Positions 41,026-51,691 of a stretch of 64,000 nucleotides of DNA are shown here, one piece after another. Origin of the DNA: Candidatus Magasanikiibacteriota bacterium (GTDB lineage: Bacteria > Patescibacteriota > Patescibacteriia > Magasanikbacterales > GWA2-37-8); NCBI GenBank assembly GCA_963802255.1, contig CAWDHY010000001.1, positions 491,842 through 555,841 on the forward strand. The letters run 5' to 3'. Position numbers and translations under genes: made by a program. Every line of letters begins with the position of its first letter. Position 1 is the stretch's first letter. The notes below the pieces were generated by a model. It made no database searches and was not told the DNA's origin. It saw only the letters and a list, made by a program, of their open reading frames with translations.

Positions 41026-41601
41026 TTATTGCCTTTTTAAACTTACCTCGTAAACAACTTGCTCCAATTTATGCAATGCCTGTTTGGCTTGATCAAATTT
41101 CTGACGGTTATAGCCAGTCAGATCCATGTCTACAAGCTCTGTAATTATTTGTTCTGCGATTTCATAGCAATCTGTTACTCGTTCAAATTTTTTCTCGGTA
41201 GCGCATTTTATCGCATAACGATATAATTCTCCAGGCACATCACAAAGACCACTGATATACATATCGGCGGCAACATCCATTCCTGTAACTTCACCAAGCA
41301 GGTCTTTGTCTAATGCTTGCCTGACTAAATCAGCTTCAACAAACTCTTCAAGCGCCGCTTTATATGATCCTTCACCGGACAACCTTTCATCAGATTTGAT
41401 GATTTCATCGGCTTCAGAAAGTTTTATTCTGGCCTGAGACAGTAAACCCTCAGCAGCCGTCATATCATCTCTGACAAGGGCAAAAATCGCCTTCTTGGAC
41501 TGCTGCTGGGCATCCCCCGATATTTTAATAATTTCCCGCCTTTTTTCCGCATAATTTAGCAATACAGAGCGTATATTTGAAAAATATTTTTTGTCTAACA
41601 T
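41026..41601 (-). CDS. Translin/TRAX (C3PO) family protein
   Basis: RREIIK.S, SKKAIF, ALEEFVEA, YISGLCDVPGEL.R, RQKFD..K..L.KLE..YE. Confidence 0.85.
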   Translation of the reverse strand: MLDKKYFSNIRSVLLNYAEKRREIIKISGDAQQQSKKAIFALVRDDMTAAEGLLSQARIKLSEADEIIKSDERLSGEGSYKAALEEFVEADLVRQALDKDLLGEVTGMDVAADMYISGLCDVPGELYRYAIKCATEKKFERVTDCYEIAEQIITELVDMDLTGYNRQKFDQAKQALHKLEQVVYEVSLKRQ

Positions 41602-41695
41602 AAAATAAAATAATAATGATTTATCCACCATTTTCAGATCCCCCCTTGATTTTTTTGTAAATATATTATATCATTTGCCAAGTGTTATGTCTATT

Positions 41696-41768
<73 letters not shown>

Positions 41769-41807
41769 CAAAACAAAAATCCCTCTTTATGGGGGTATTT
41801 TTGTTTT

Positions 41808-41982
41808 TGGCTCGGAGCGACCAAACTGCTTTGGTCGCAACTGGGATGAGGACGCCGGAGCGATGTCGCGCGACGCAGGATGGCGAACGCGACCGCGAGG
41901 CGGTGGCTAGACAAAATTTTCGGAAGAAAATTTTAGTCGAAGCCGAATCTTTACCCGCTTTGAGTGGCCAGCCGGGTCACAA
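41808..41982 (+). repeat. tRNA-linked structured element, copy 2 (tRNA-Lys)
   Basis: 41893-41949 matches 30338-30394 at 56 of 57 nt. Ends in a copy of the tRNA-Lys 3' end (CCGAATC...CCAGCCGGGTCACAA) split by an 18-nt insert. Confidence 0.88.
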
Positions 41983-42100
41983 CACTAAAAATTGCCCTTT
42001 TAGGGCTCTTTTTTTATGTTTAAATTCTGTATTGCAATATTCCATGAATCTGTTAGTATAGCCACGGTTCATTTTACATAAATAAAAGGGGGCGACAATT

Positions 42101-42907
42101 TTGGAAAACTCACATGATAAATTGCAACTGGAAGAATTGACAAAATCATTGTCTCGGCGTGCCAGTTCGGGCGACGTAAAAGCCAGAAAGGAATTGATTG
42201 AATTTCATCTGTCATTGGCAAGGTATTATGGCAATAAATACGCCCGTTTTCATCCGCATGAACGCGCCGATATTGAACAATGCGCATATGTCGGACTTTG
42301 TCGGGCGGTAGACGGATACGACCCTGAAGCCAACAACGCCTTTAGTACATACGCCGTTTGGTTGATAAAAAGTGAAATTCGCGCATATTTAAGAGGGTTG
42401 TCGGTCGTCCGTGTTAATCAGGGAGACAGAACTAAATTAAACGTAATAGAACGCTACGTTAGAAATTATCGGCAAAAAAATCATGATAATCCTTCGGATA
42501 ACGAAATCGCTATCGGGACCGGCATTAAAGTAAGTCTGATTCCTGAAATCCTTGCAGTCCGCGAGGCTTCTGCGGAATGTTCGCGTATTCCGCTTGATAA
42601 TCCGGATTTGCCATCTAAGCTGTCACCTCTGCATGACTGTGAAAATGCGATATATTCCGAAGCTAACGCCATTGCCAGACGAGTACTCAAAATTACTCAG
42701 GTACTGCTTATATTAAATGATAATGAGCGTAGAGTAATTATTGAACGATTTGAACTGGCCGGGCATCATAATTGCTCGCGGCGTCAACTAGCCAAAGAAT
42801 TCGGATGCAGTCAGAAACATATTGAGGCAATTGAGCAAAGAGCTCTCCAAAAAATACGAAAGTTCATTACACATATTAATCGTGAACGAGAGAAAAATTA
42901 CTTCTAA
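42101..42907 (+). CDS. Alternative sigma-70 family factor (regions 2-4)
   Basis: ARKELIEFHL.L, DIEQ..YVGLCRAVDGYDP...FSTYAVWLIKSEI, region 4 HTH ...IEQRALQKIR; TTG start with AAGGGGG SD. Confidence 0.88.
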   Translation: MENSHDKLQLEELTKSLSRRASSGDVKARKELIEFHLSLARYYGNKYARFHPHERADIEQCAYVGLCRAVDGYDPEANNAFSTYAVWLIKSEIRAYLRGLSVVRVNQGDRTKLNVIERYVRNYRQKNHDNPSDNEIAIGTGIKVSLIPEILAVREASAECSRIPLDNPDLPSKLSPLHDCENAIYSEANAIARRVLKITQVLLILNDNERRVIIERFELAGHHNCSRRQLAKEFGCSQKHIEAIEQRALQKIRKFITHINREREKNYF

Positions 42908-42985
42908 CGCGCTTACCGGCATGTTCCGCTAGGCGCGTTTTTTTATCTTGTAATAATTCTCGGCCTCTGTTAAAATCCGTTTATT

Positions 42986-44186
42986 ATGAAATTTTCAATT
43001 GTTACACTCGGATGCAAACTGAACCAAGCGGAATCTGACGAAATTAAAAATGAATTGATTAAGCTTGGCCATATATTTGTACCGTTTCACACGACTGCGG
43101 ATATTGTAATTATCCGCGCCTGTGCGGTTACAATGAATGCAAGCCAGACAGCGCGCGAACTGATACGCCAAGCTAAAAAGCAAGGCTCTTTTGTGATCGT
43201 CGGCGGATGTCTGGAAAACCGTGATTTACCGGAAATTGATTATATTGCGCAAACGGCCGGTGATATTGTGAAAAAAATCGATTTGCTGGATTACCGCCTG
43301 CGCGGGAATGATAATAGGGCCGCCAAAAGTCAATACCCGAATGCACTTGTGCCAAACCGCACCCGCGCTCTTATAAAAATTCAAACTGGATGTAATTTTA
43401 ATTGCGCCTATTGTATCATCCCCTTTTTCCGCGGAAAATCGAAAAGTGTTCCGGTAAAAAATATTATTAAAAAAATCATAAAAGCCGAAAAAGAAAATTT
43501 TAAAGAGATTACCCTGACTGGTGTAAATATTTGCCTATATCGATCGGGGAAAACAAATTTAGCCGGACTTTTAAAAAAAATACTGAGCCATACAAAAATA
43601 GAGCGCATTCGTATCGGCTCTCTGGATCCCCGCCTTATACCATCCGACCTTATTTCAATATTTGATAACTCCGAGATTAATGCCGCATTGGCATCTGTCA
43701 TTGCAGTCCGGATCTGACGGTGTATTGACGCGTATGAAGCGGGGCTATACGACGAAAAATTTTTTTAGCTTGATTAAAATTGCACGCGCACATTACCCGT
43801 TATTTTCTTTTACAACCGATATTATTACGGGCTTTCCCGGCGAGACTGAAAAGGAATTCAATGAGACATTTTTATTTGTAAAAAAGGTGGGTTTTACGAA
43901 AGTTCATGTCTTTCCTTATTCCAAACGACCAAATACAATGGCTGAGCAATTGAAGGAACAGGTACAGGATAAAATAAAAAAAGAGCGCGTAAAGCGTCTG
44001 ATAAGACTGTCTGAATCAATAGCCAAAAAATACGAATCAAAACTAAAAGGTAAAATACGTCCTGTATTATTTGAACAAAAAAAAGACGGTTATTGGATCG
44101 GCTTCACACCTGAATATACCAGAGCAAGGTATCGTTCGGATAAAAATTTAAAAAATAAAATAATTAAAATAAAAATAGACCCCTAG
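42986..44186 (+). pseudogene. MtaB/MiaB-like radical SAM methylthiotransferase, frameshifted near 43670
   Basis: TLGCKLN, CAVT, GGC, IQTGCNFNCAYC in ORF 42986..43717; HLSLQSGSD, TDIITGFPGET, HVFPYSKR in ORF 43662..44186. Deleting one base gives FDNPRLMPHWHL. May be a sequencing error. Confidence 0.8.
43286..43311 (+). repeat. REP/dRS3-like palindromic unit inside the methylthiotransferase CDS
   Basis: CTGGATTACCGCCTGCGCGGGAATGA resembles the widespread GGATTCCCGCCTGCGCGGGAATGAC palindrome; read in frame as LDYRLRGND. Confidence 0.6.
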
Positions 44187-44194
44187 TAATGGGC

Positions 44195-45268
44195 CTATTT
44201 TTTTACAGTCATTTTGATTATTTCAACAATTTTTTCCGGTTGAGCCGCCGGTAATGAATTGTGTAAAACCCGGCCGATTGCTTCACGTTTTATCGGATCG
44301 TGCGCCAAATCATTTATTTTTACGGCTAATTCAGCGCCACCGGCACAACGTTCATCAATCAGGAGCACAGCCCCGGCTTTTGCCAGAGGTTCGGCATTTT
44401 TTTCCTGATGTGTATCAGAAATAGGCATTAATATTACAGCTTTTGACAAATATGCAAGTTCTGTAAGCGTAGCAAATCCGGCGCGGGAAAATACTATATC
44501 CGCGGCATTTAACGCGTAAATCATTTCTTCATTTAAAAAACGATACGTCTTGTAATTCGGATAATTTTTTGTTGCCTTTTCATTTTTTTCAGCGCTGCGT
44601 TCCGGACCGACGATGTGGATAATATGCCAAGACCGGTTAATATCAGGTAGCATGTCAAAAACCATTTCGTTCAATTTATACGCTCCCGTACCGCCTCCTA
44701 CGGCAAGGATCACCGGCTCGTTATCATAAATAGCAAAAAATTCTTTTGATTTTCCGATATCCGCCCAAACATCCCGGCAAGGATTGCCGATCCACTCTGT
44801 TTTATTTTCATCAAAATATTTAATACTATCTTCAAGAGCCACTGTTATTTTTAAGGCCGTTCTGGCCATCAATTTGTTGGCTAATCCGGGCAATACATCT
44901 TGCTGGTGCACCCACGTTGGAATACCCAAAAACCAGGCCGCCCAATGAAGAGGAACGCTGACAAATCCACCAGCTGATATGAGCAAATCCGGCGCTTCCT
45001 TTTTTAAAATGGATATTGATTCAAAAAAAGCCAGAATTATTCTGAATATATCAAACAAATTGACAAACGAAAAATATCTGCGGAATTTACCCGACCTAAT
45101 CGGCATAAACTTAATTCCGGCCGACTCCACCACCCGCTTCTCCGGTCCGCTTTTTGTGCCTATCCATAAAAATTCGCAATGAAAATTGCGAATTTTACAT
45201 GCATTAGCAACCGCTAAAAGAGTTGTAACCGGCCCAAGCGTTCCGCCGCCTGATAAAATAATTTTCAT
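44195..45268 (-). CDS. murG: Lipid II GlcNAc transferase MurG
   Basis: SGGGTLGP, GGFVSVP, PGLANK, GNP, HQEKNA. Confidence 0.94.
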   Translation of the reverse strand: MKIILSGGGTLGPVTTLLAVANACKIRNFHCEFLWIGTKSGPEKRVVESAGIKFMPIRSGKFRRYFSFVNLFDIFRIILAFFESISILKKEAPDLLISAGGFVSVPLHWAAWFLGIPTWVHQQDVLPGLANKLMARTALKITVALEDSIKYFDENKTEWIGNPCRDVWADIGKSKEFFAIYDNEPVILAVGGGTGAYKLNEMVFDMLPDINRSWHIIHIVGPERSAEKNEKATKNYPNYKTYRFLNEEMIYALNAADIVFSRAGFATLTELAYLSKAVILMPISDTHQEKNAEPLAKAGAVLLIDERCAGGAELAVKINDLAHDPIKREAIGRVLHNSLPAAQPEKIVEIIKMTVKK

Positions 45269-45269
45269 T

Positions 45270-46589
45270 TTAATAATCTCTCAGCTTTTGAACTATATTC
45301 ATGTCCTTAATTTTTTCCAGCGCTTTCGCCTCGATCTGGCGAATGCGCTCACGCGTCACGCCAAATTCTTGTCCAACTTCTTCAAGAGTATGTGTTACAC
45401 CATCGGTTAGGCCAAAACGCATTTCCAGAATTTTTTGTTCACGAGCCGACAAATCTTTAATTGCTTCCTTCACATAGTCACGTAAAATCTGCAAACCTGC
45501 CGCACGGTCCGGAGAAACATTTTTTACGTCTTCGATGAAATCCTGAAGCGACGAATCATCATCATCGTCGCCGACTGACACTTCCAACGATACAGTATCC
45601 TGAGAAATTTTTATAATGTGATTGATTTTGTCCACTTCCTCGCCCATCTCAGCCGCCAATTCTTCAGGCGTCGGGTCTCTTCCCAAATCCTGCAATAGCC
45701 GGCGCTGAATCTGCTGGAAGCGATTTATTGTTTCAACCATATGCACAGGAATACGGATGGTCCGAGATTGGTCGGCCAGAGCTCTGGTTATCGCCTGGCG
45801 AATCCACCATGTGGCATAGGTGGAAAACTTATAACCCTTTCTATAGTCAAATTTTTTAACCGCCCTAAATAAACCAATATTGCCTTCCTGTATCAAATCC
45901 AGAAGAGATAATGTTTTTCCGACGAATTTTTTAGCAATTGAAACGACCAGGCGCAGATTGGCCTCAATCAGTTTACATTCAGCGGCCCGGTCGCCTTTTT
46001 CTTTTCGTTTTGCCAGTGAGACTTCTTCTTCTCCTTTTAGCAATGGAATTTTACCAATTTCCCGCAAATACATTTGGATTGAATCGGATGAAATCTGCCC
46101 CAAATCAAAAGGCACATCCATATCCGGCTGTTCACCCTGGAAACCTTTTAATACTTCTTTCCTCTCGGCATGGGAACCAAGCAATCCGTTTTGGCTTTCA
46201 ACCAATGTCACTCCGTTTTTTTCAAGTAAATCAAGAAAGCCCTCGTAAAGATCCAAGTATCTTTCAGGACGGTTAAAAATGCTCAACATTTCAATTTCAG
46301 TAATAAACCCTCTTACGCGCCCTTTATCTATTAAATGCCAAACTCGGTCATCGGACGGTTCAACGACCTCTTCAATGATAATGGCTTGTTTAATTTTTTT
46401 TAAATGTTTTTTTGGTTTAGCGGTGACTTTCGATTTCTTCACGACTTTCTTTTTAACCGGTTTTTTAACTGATTTTTTTACCTGTTTTTTTAAAATTCTT
46501 TTTTTGGCTGATTTGCCTTTCTTCAAAACGGCCTTCTGGGACGTTTTGCGGGCAGTCGCCTTCTTGATTGTCCTCTTTTTCTGGGACAT
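45270..46589 (-). CDS. rpoD: Primary sigma factor with Lys-rich N-terminal extension
   Basis: [65 protein letters not shown]; downstream of dnaG. Confidence 0.97.
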   Translation of the reverse strand: MSQKKRTIKKATARKTSQKAVLKKGKSAKKRILKKQVKKSVKKPVKKKVVKKSKVTAKPKKHLKKIKQAIIIEEVVEPSDDRVWHLIDKGRVRGFITEIEMLSIFNRPERYLDLYEGFLDLLEKNGVTLVESQNGLLGSHAERKEVLKGFQGEQPDMDVPFDLGQISSDSIQMYLREIGKIPLLKGEEEVSLAKRKEKGDRAAECKLIEANLRLVVSIAKKFVGKTLSLLDLIQEGNIGLFRAVKKFDYRKGYKFSTYATWWIRQAITRALADQSRTIRIPVHMVETINRFQQIQRRLLQDLGRDPTPEELAAEMGEEVDKINHIIKISQDTVSLEVSVGDDDDDSSLQDFIEDVKNVSPDRAAGLQILRDYVKEAIKDLSAREQKILEMRFGLTDGVTHTLEEVGQEFGVTRERIRQIEAKALEKIKDMNIVQKLRDY

Positions 46590-46595
46590 AAATTA

Positions 46596-48383
46596 TTATT
46601 TTGTTAAATCCATTATTTGTTTAAGCAGTTCATTTTCCCGCTTGCCATCTCCTAAATTTTGAACTGCCTTTAATTCGCGCGCCAGTTCATCGCGCCGATT
46701 TTTAATTCGCATTTTTTCGATTTCGCCGATAATCAATACCGCTTCTTTTTCACAGTCTTCGTCGCTCAAATCCGCATAATCTTTTTGCGACTGCATATAA
46801 AGAATGTCCACGATATTTTCTCCTGATGCATTATTTAACTTAAAATCACCAAGCGACAGCCGGATGTTACTATTATATTGCTTTTCCATAAAATCGTAAA
46901 GGGTGCTATAGATGGTGTCTGCAAAATATTCCGGTTTTATATACGCATGCAAAGCAGTAAAAATTGCAGGATGGCCGACTAACAAAGCGCAAATTTTTTG
47001 ACGCAAAAGGTCTGTCCGTTGTCCTCCAACGAAGCTCACTTCCTGATTTTTTGGCATTATCACCGCAGATGACGAAACCGGTTCGCGTATATTTCTCTTT
47101 ATTTTCCGCAATTCTTCCAGTAATATCGCGGTATCAGCGCCAAGAATCTCCGACATTTTTTTAATCCACGCCTCGCGCTCAACTGCAAAAGGAATCTTTG
47201 CGATTTCAGTTAAAAGAGCATCGGCCGATCTCTGTTTAATTTTTGGGTCGCTGAGATTAGCATCTTTCAAAATATTAGAAAAATACCATTCCATTATTCC
47301 GGTCGCTTCATTTACTGATTTAAACCAGACATCAGGATTCTTCTTAAGACATTCGTCAGCATCTTTTCCCGCGCCTTCCGGTATATTTATGACTTTTATG
47401 TTTAACCCGGCTAACAACGCCACATCAATCCCTCTCTTGGCGGCATTTTGACCGGCGCTATCCGCATCAAAAGCCATAGCAATATTATTTGTATATCGTT
47501 TTATCAGGTGAACCTGTTCATCAGTCAAAGCAGTGCCGGAGGCGGCGATCACATTTTTCATTCCCGCTTCATGACAGGCAATCACGTCCATTTGTCCTTC
47601 CACAAGTACAGCCAGATCTTTCATCTTAATTTCCTGCTTGGCTTTATTTAGACCATATATTAGCCTGGACTTATCATAAACTATGGTTTGCGGAGTATTC
47701 ACATATTTACCCCCTGAATTTTCGGTTTCAACGAGAATTCTCCCTGTAAAACCGGCGATATTACCATGGACATCATGTATTGGAAACATTATTCTTCCAC
47801 GAAATCTGTCATAATAACTTTTTCGCTCGTCATTTTTAACGGTTAATCCGGATGCTACTAAGTCATCAATACCAAAACCCTTCTTGATAAGATACTGGGT
47901 TAGAAGTTCCCATTGGTCCGGAATAAAGCCAATCTGCCAATCTATTAGTGCTTCATTTTTTAGTGCCCGTTCTTTCAATAAATACTCTCTTGCCTGGGCA
48001 GCCGAAGACATCTCCGTTAAAAAGTGATGAAAAAAATACGCGGCTTTTGAATTTATTTCGTAAATTCTATTTTTTTGACTCTTGTTAATCTCATTATACT
48101 GGCTTGATTCAATTTTAATTCCTGCCCGGTCCGCCAATAATTTCAATGTTTCCGAAAAATCAAGCCCTTCCATTTCCTGAACAAATGTAAAAATATCTCC
48201 ACCCTTGCCACAACCAAAACAATGCCAGATTTGCTTTTCCGGATGCACCATAAATGATGGTGTTTTCTCATGATGGAACGGGCACGGCGCCTTCCAATTT
48301 GCACCCGCTTTTTTTAGGGGAAGATATTCCTGAATCAACTGAACTATATCAACCCGGTCTTTGATTGCCTGTGTATCCGCCAT
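46596..48383 (-). CDS. dnaG: DNA primase
   Basis: CPFHHEKTPSF..CFGC zinc finger, KYVNTP, VEGQMDV, FDADSAG. Confidence 0.97.
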   Translation of the reverse strand: MADTQAIKDRVDIVQLIQEYLPLKKAGANWKAPCPFHHEKTPSFMVHPEKQIWHCFGCGKGGDIFTFVQEMEGLDFSETLKLLADRAGIKIESSQYNEINKSQKNRIYEINSKAAYFFHHFLTEMSSAAQAREYLLKERALKNEALIDWQIGFIPDQWELLTQYLIKKGFGIDDLVASGLTVKNDERKSYYDRFRGRIMFPIHDVHGNIAGFTGRILVETENSGGKYVNTPQTIVYDKSRLIYGLNKAKQEIKMKDLAVLVEGQMDVIACHEAGMKNVIAASGTALTDEQVHLIKRYTNNIAMAFDADSAGQNAAKRGIDVALLAGLNIKVINIPEGAGKDADECLKKNPDVWFKSVNEATGIMEWYFSNILKDANLSDPKIKQRSADALLTEIAKIPFAVEREAWIKKMSEILGADTAILLEELRKIKRNIREPVSSSAVIMPKNQEVSFVGGQRTDLLRQKICALLVGHPAIFTALHAYIKPEYFADTIYSTLYDFMEKQYNSNIRLSLGDFKLNNASGENIVDILYMQSQKDYADLSDEDCEKEAVLIIGEIEKMRIKNRRDELARELKAVQNLGDGKRENELLKQIMDLTK

Positions 48384-48471
48384 AACAATTAAAACAGCCA
48401 AGCAACTGGCTTTTTAAGTAAGTTTGTACGGTTGAATATTATCATTGCGACGCTTTGTTTGCAAGCTGGGT

Positions 48472-49725
48472 TTATTCACGACGCAGTGCTTCAATCGGGT
48501 TTAGCGCAGCCGCTTTTTTAGCCGGATATATTCCAAAAATCAATCCAATTGCCGCAGAAAAACCAATAGCAAGAAATATTGACGATGCCGGAATAACGTA
48601 GACCCAGGCAAGATTACTTGAAACAGCACTCCAATATATTAGCAGAGCAAATAAAGAACCGAGTATTATTCCTACAATGCTTCCGGCTAAAGTCAAAATA
48701 ACCGCTTCGGCTAAAAATTGAAATAGAATATCCCGGCGTGTCGCTCCCAGTGATTTACGCAAACCAATTTCAAATACTCTTTCAGTGACGGACACATACA
48801 TAATATTCATTATCCCTACTCCGCCGACAACAAGTGAAACGCAAACTAATGCCACTAAAAGTAAAATAATTCCGTCGACAATAGTTTTTAACATATTAAT
48901 CCCTTCCTCCATGGTATTAACTGCAAAATCATCTTTGTCCGGATCGGTAATATCATGATTTTCCCGGATAATTTCTTCAAGATCAGCTACCGTTTGGTCG
49001 CTCATCGACATGTCTTTCATCTTGGCGATAATAGCCGTGTAATAATCAACACCCATTAAACGTTTCTGAAGAGTTTTAACCGGCACATAAAGAAAATTAT
49101 CCATATCAATAAAAGTATAAGACCCGCGAGCAGCAGCGGTGCCGATTACTCTAAACGGTTTCCCGCGGACATGAACGATTTTTCCTTCAGCCGGTTCATC
49201 GCCAAAAAATTTTTCTTTTACGGTTTGGCCGAGTACAACGACCTGTGCCAAGGAATCGTCTTCGTCTTTTGTATACATGCGTCCTGTCGCCATTACAAAT
49301 TTTTCAACTTCAGCCATCTGATAGCCTTCTCCGGCCAACATAATTTTTTGCGTTTGACCTCCGTAACTGACAACTTCCTGGCCGAACATATATCCATAGG
49401 CCGCTTCAATATTCGGATGTTTTTCAATATCGATTCTATCCCTTTCTTTTAATGTTGTAATTGTTATCCCTTGAGCCAACCCCATCGCATTTTCACTGGA
49501 TGTTTTTTTGGTACTTGGAACTTTTACTTCAATACTCATGGTATTTGGTCCGAATGTTTCCAATTCTCCCATTATCATGGCGTTCAGGCCTTCCCCGGCA
49601 GCCATAATAGAAATAACCACGGCAATGCCTATACTTATTCCGAGTATCGTTAAGATTGAGCGCATTTTTTTTGCGCGCAAGGCAACCAAAGCGAGTTTTA
49701 CTGCGGTTTTTACAGTATTAAACAT
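48472..49725 (-). CDS. MacB-type ABC transporter permease
   Basis: RSILTILGISIG, VGGVGIMNIM.VSVTER..EIGLRK.LGA, LNPIEALR. Confidence 0.93.
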   Translation of the reverse strand: MFNTVKTAVKLALVALRAKKMRSILTILGISIGIAVVISIMAAGEGLNAMIMGELETFGPNTMSIEVKVPSTKKTSSENAMGLAQGITITTLKERDRIDIEKHPNIEAAYGYMFGQEVVSYGGQTQKIMLAGEGYQMAEVEKFVMATGRMYTKDEDDSLAQVVVLGQTVKEKFFGDEPAEGKIVHVRGKPFRVIGTAAARGSYTFIDMDNFLYVPVKTLQKRLMGVDYYTAIIAKMKDMSMSDQTVADLEEIIRENHDITDPDKDDFAVNTMEEGINMLKTIVDGIILLLVALVCVSLVVGGVGIMNIMYVSVTERVFEIGLRKSLGATRRDILFQFLAEAVILTLAGSIVGIILGSLFALLIYWSAVSSNLAWVYVIPASSIFLAIGFSAAIGLIFGIYPAKKAAALNPIEALRRE

Positions 49726-49727
49726 AT

Positions 49728-50966
49728 TTATTCATAACGCAGGGCCTCAATCGGATCAAGACGGCTCGCTCGACGAGCCGGAACAAGACCGAATAACAAT
49801 CCTAATCCGATAGATACAGTGCAAGCGATTACGATCGATGAAGGAGCGATAATAAAATCCCAATTATATCCAAGACTGTTGGCAATGCTGGCCACAGAAA
49901 AAGAAATTATGACACCTAAAACTATTCCGATTAATCCTCCGATCAAAGTTATCATAACCGTTTCCACTAAAAATTGCGTGGTAATATGAATATTTTTTGC
50001 CCCAACCGCTTTTCGTAGACCAATTTCCTTAGTTCTCTCTTCAACAGCGGCGAGCATGATATTCATTATACCGATACCGCCAACCAAAAGAGCGATAGCA
50101 GCCACAAATGTCAGAAACATTCGTAACGCATTTGTGATATTGGTTATTGATTCAACTCCCTGAGCCATTGATTGAACGGTAAAATCATCGTCTTCAGGCT
50201 TTTCAATATCATGTCTCTCGCGCAAAACAGATTCAACGAACAATACCGCCCCATCAACGTTTTCCGCACTATCTACTTTGAACCTCGCCATGCTTAAATA
50301 ATCTATGCCTAATAATAGTTTCTGAGCGGTAGTGACAGGAACATATATCTGATTATCCTGATTTTGAAAACCGCTTGACCCGCGTTTACGCATTACTCCT
50401 ATAACCGTAAAATTAGTTTTTTTAATCTTAATTTGCCGGCCGATCGGATTTTCATCATCAAATAAGTCTTTCGCCGTTTGGTCCCCCAAAACCGCCACGC
50501 GGGCTGATCCGCGCTCTTCCTCCTGCCCAAAAAATCTTCCTGTGGCGACATCAGTATTTTCCACTGATGGCAGTTCCGCTGATGTACCTACAAAAGCAAC
50601 GTCTGTTTTTCGGTCACCGGCCGTAATTGTATCCTGGCCCCGCACATAAACTGCGGCAGCGACCAGATGCGGATAATTATTCGCCATTATTTTAGTTACA
50701 TCCTCATATTTTAGTGTGGTGATAATAATTCCATAAACAGAAGCAGGCGGTCCCTTTTCATCTGATTTACCCGGCAACACGCCGATTAAATCGGTGCCCA
50801 TGCTTTTTACCTGATTAAGTATCAGACTTTGAGCGCCGGCACCGACGGACATAATAACAACGACCGCCATAATGCCGATAATAATTCCTAGCATCGTCAA
50901 AAACGACCGCATTTTGTTGCGGCCAATCAGATGCCAGACGGCATGGGTTGTTTCAAGAATATTCAT
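49728..50966 (-). CDS. MacB-type ABC transporter permease
   Basis: RSFLTMLGIIIG, VGGIGIMNIM, ERTKEIGLRKAVGA, LDPIEALRYE. Confidence 0.93.
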   Translation of the reverse strand: MNILETTHAVWHLIGRNKMRSFLTMLGIIIGIMAVVVIMSVGAGAQSLILNQVKSMGTDLIGVLPGKSDEKGPPASVYGIIITTLKYEDVTKIMANNYPHLVAAAVYVRGQDTITAGDRKTDVAFVGTSAELPSVENTDVATGRFFGQEEERGSARVAVLGDQTAKDLFDDENPIGRQIKIKKTNFTVIGVMRKRGSSGFQNQDNQIYVPVTTAQKLLLGIDYLSMARFKVDSAENVDGAVLFVESVLRERHDIEKPEDDDFTVQSMAQGVESITNITNALRMFLTFVAAIALLVGGIGIMNIMLAAVEERTKEIGLRKAVGAKNIHITTQFLVETVMITLIGGLIGIVLGVIISFSVASIANSLGYNWDFIIAPSSIVIACTVSIGLGLLFGLVPARRASRLDPIEALRYE

Positions 50967-50967
50967 A

Positions 50968-51690
50968 CTACTTTACCAACTCAGACGCTCCATTTGCCAG
51001 CTGTCTGTTATTTACTTTTTCATCAACCACAATTTCACCATCTTTAATTCGTAATATTCTCTTTGCATGCTCCGCCGTATATCTTTCATGGGTAACAAGA
51101 ATAATTGTATGCCCTTCTTCATTTAGATTTTGAAGGATACGCATAACCTGCAGACCAGATTTTGAATCCAAATTACCCGTCGGCTCGTCGGCAAAAATTA
51201 CGGCCGGTTCATTAACCAGAGCCCGGGCAATTGCCACTCTTTGTTTTTCACCACCGGAAAGTTGACTGGGAACAAACTGCAGACGATGATCTAATCCGAC
51301 TGAAGACAGCGCGGCTTTTGATTTTGCCAGTCGTTCTTTTTCCGGCATTTTCGTATAAATGAGAGGAAGCATTACATTTTCCATCACTGTCGTACGCGGT
51401 AATAAGTTAAAAGCCTGAAAAACAAAACCAACCGACTGGCTTCGCATCACCGCCAATTCATCGTCGGTGAGAGTGCTGACATCGCGCCCGTTAAACACAT
51501 ATTTCCCTTTTGAAAGCTTATCCAAAAAACCAAGAATATGCATAAGCGTTGATTTGCCGGAACCGGATGGCCCCATAATTGCCACAAACTCGCCTTTTTC
51601 AATTTTAAAATTCAAATCATGAAGAACCGGCGTAACTACCTCTTCATTAACATATTCTTTATCTAAGCTTATAATTTCAATTAATGCCAT
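50968..51690 (-). CDS. MacB/LolD-type ABC ATP-binding protein
   Basis: [26 protein letters not shown]. Confidence 0.94.
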   Translation of the reverse strand: MALIEIISLDKEYVNEEVVTPVLHDLNFKIEKGEFVAIMGPSGSGKSTLMHILGFLDKLSKGKYVFNGRDVSTLTDDELAVMRSQSVGFVFQAFNLLPRTTVMENVMLPLIYTKMPEKERLAKSKAALSSVGLDHRLQFVPSQLSGGEKQRVAIARALVNEPAVIFADEPTGNLDSKSGLQVMRILQNLNEEGHTIILVTHERYTAEHAKRILRIKDGEIVVDEKVNNRQLANGASELVK

Positions 51691-51691
51691 A

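Noticed and set aside
46380-46589. Lys-rich low-complexity N-terminus of RpoD as a novel domain
   Set aside because: Basic low-complexity extensions on primary sigma factors are known in several phyla; nothing further is supported here.
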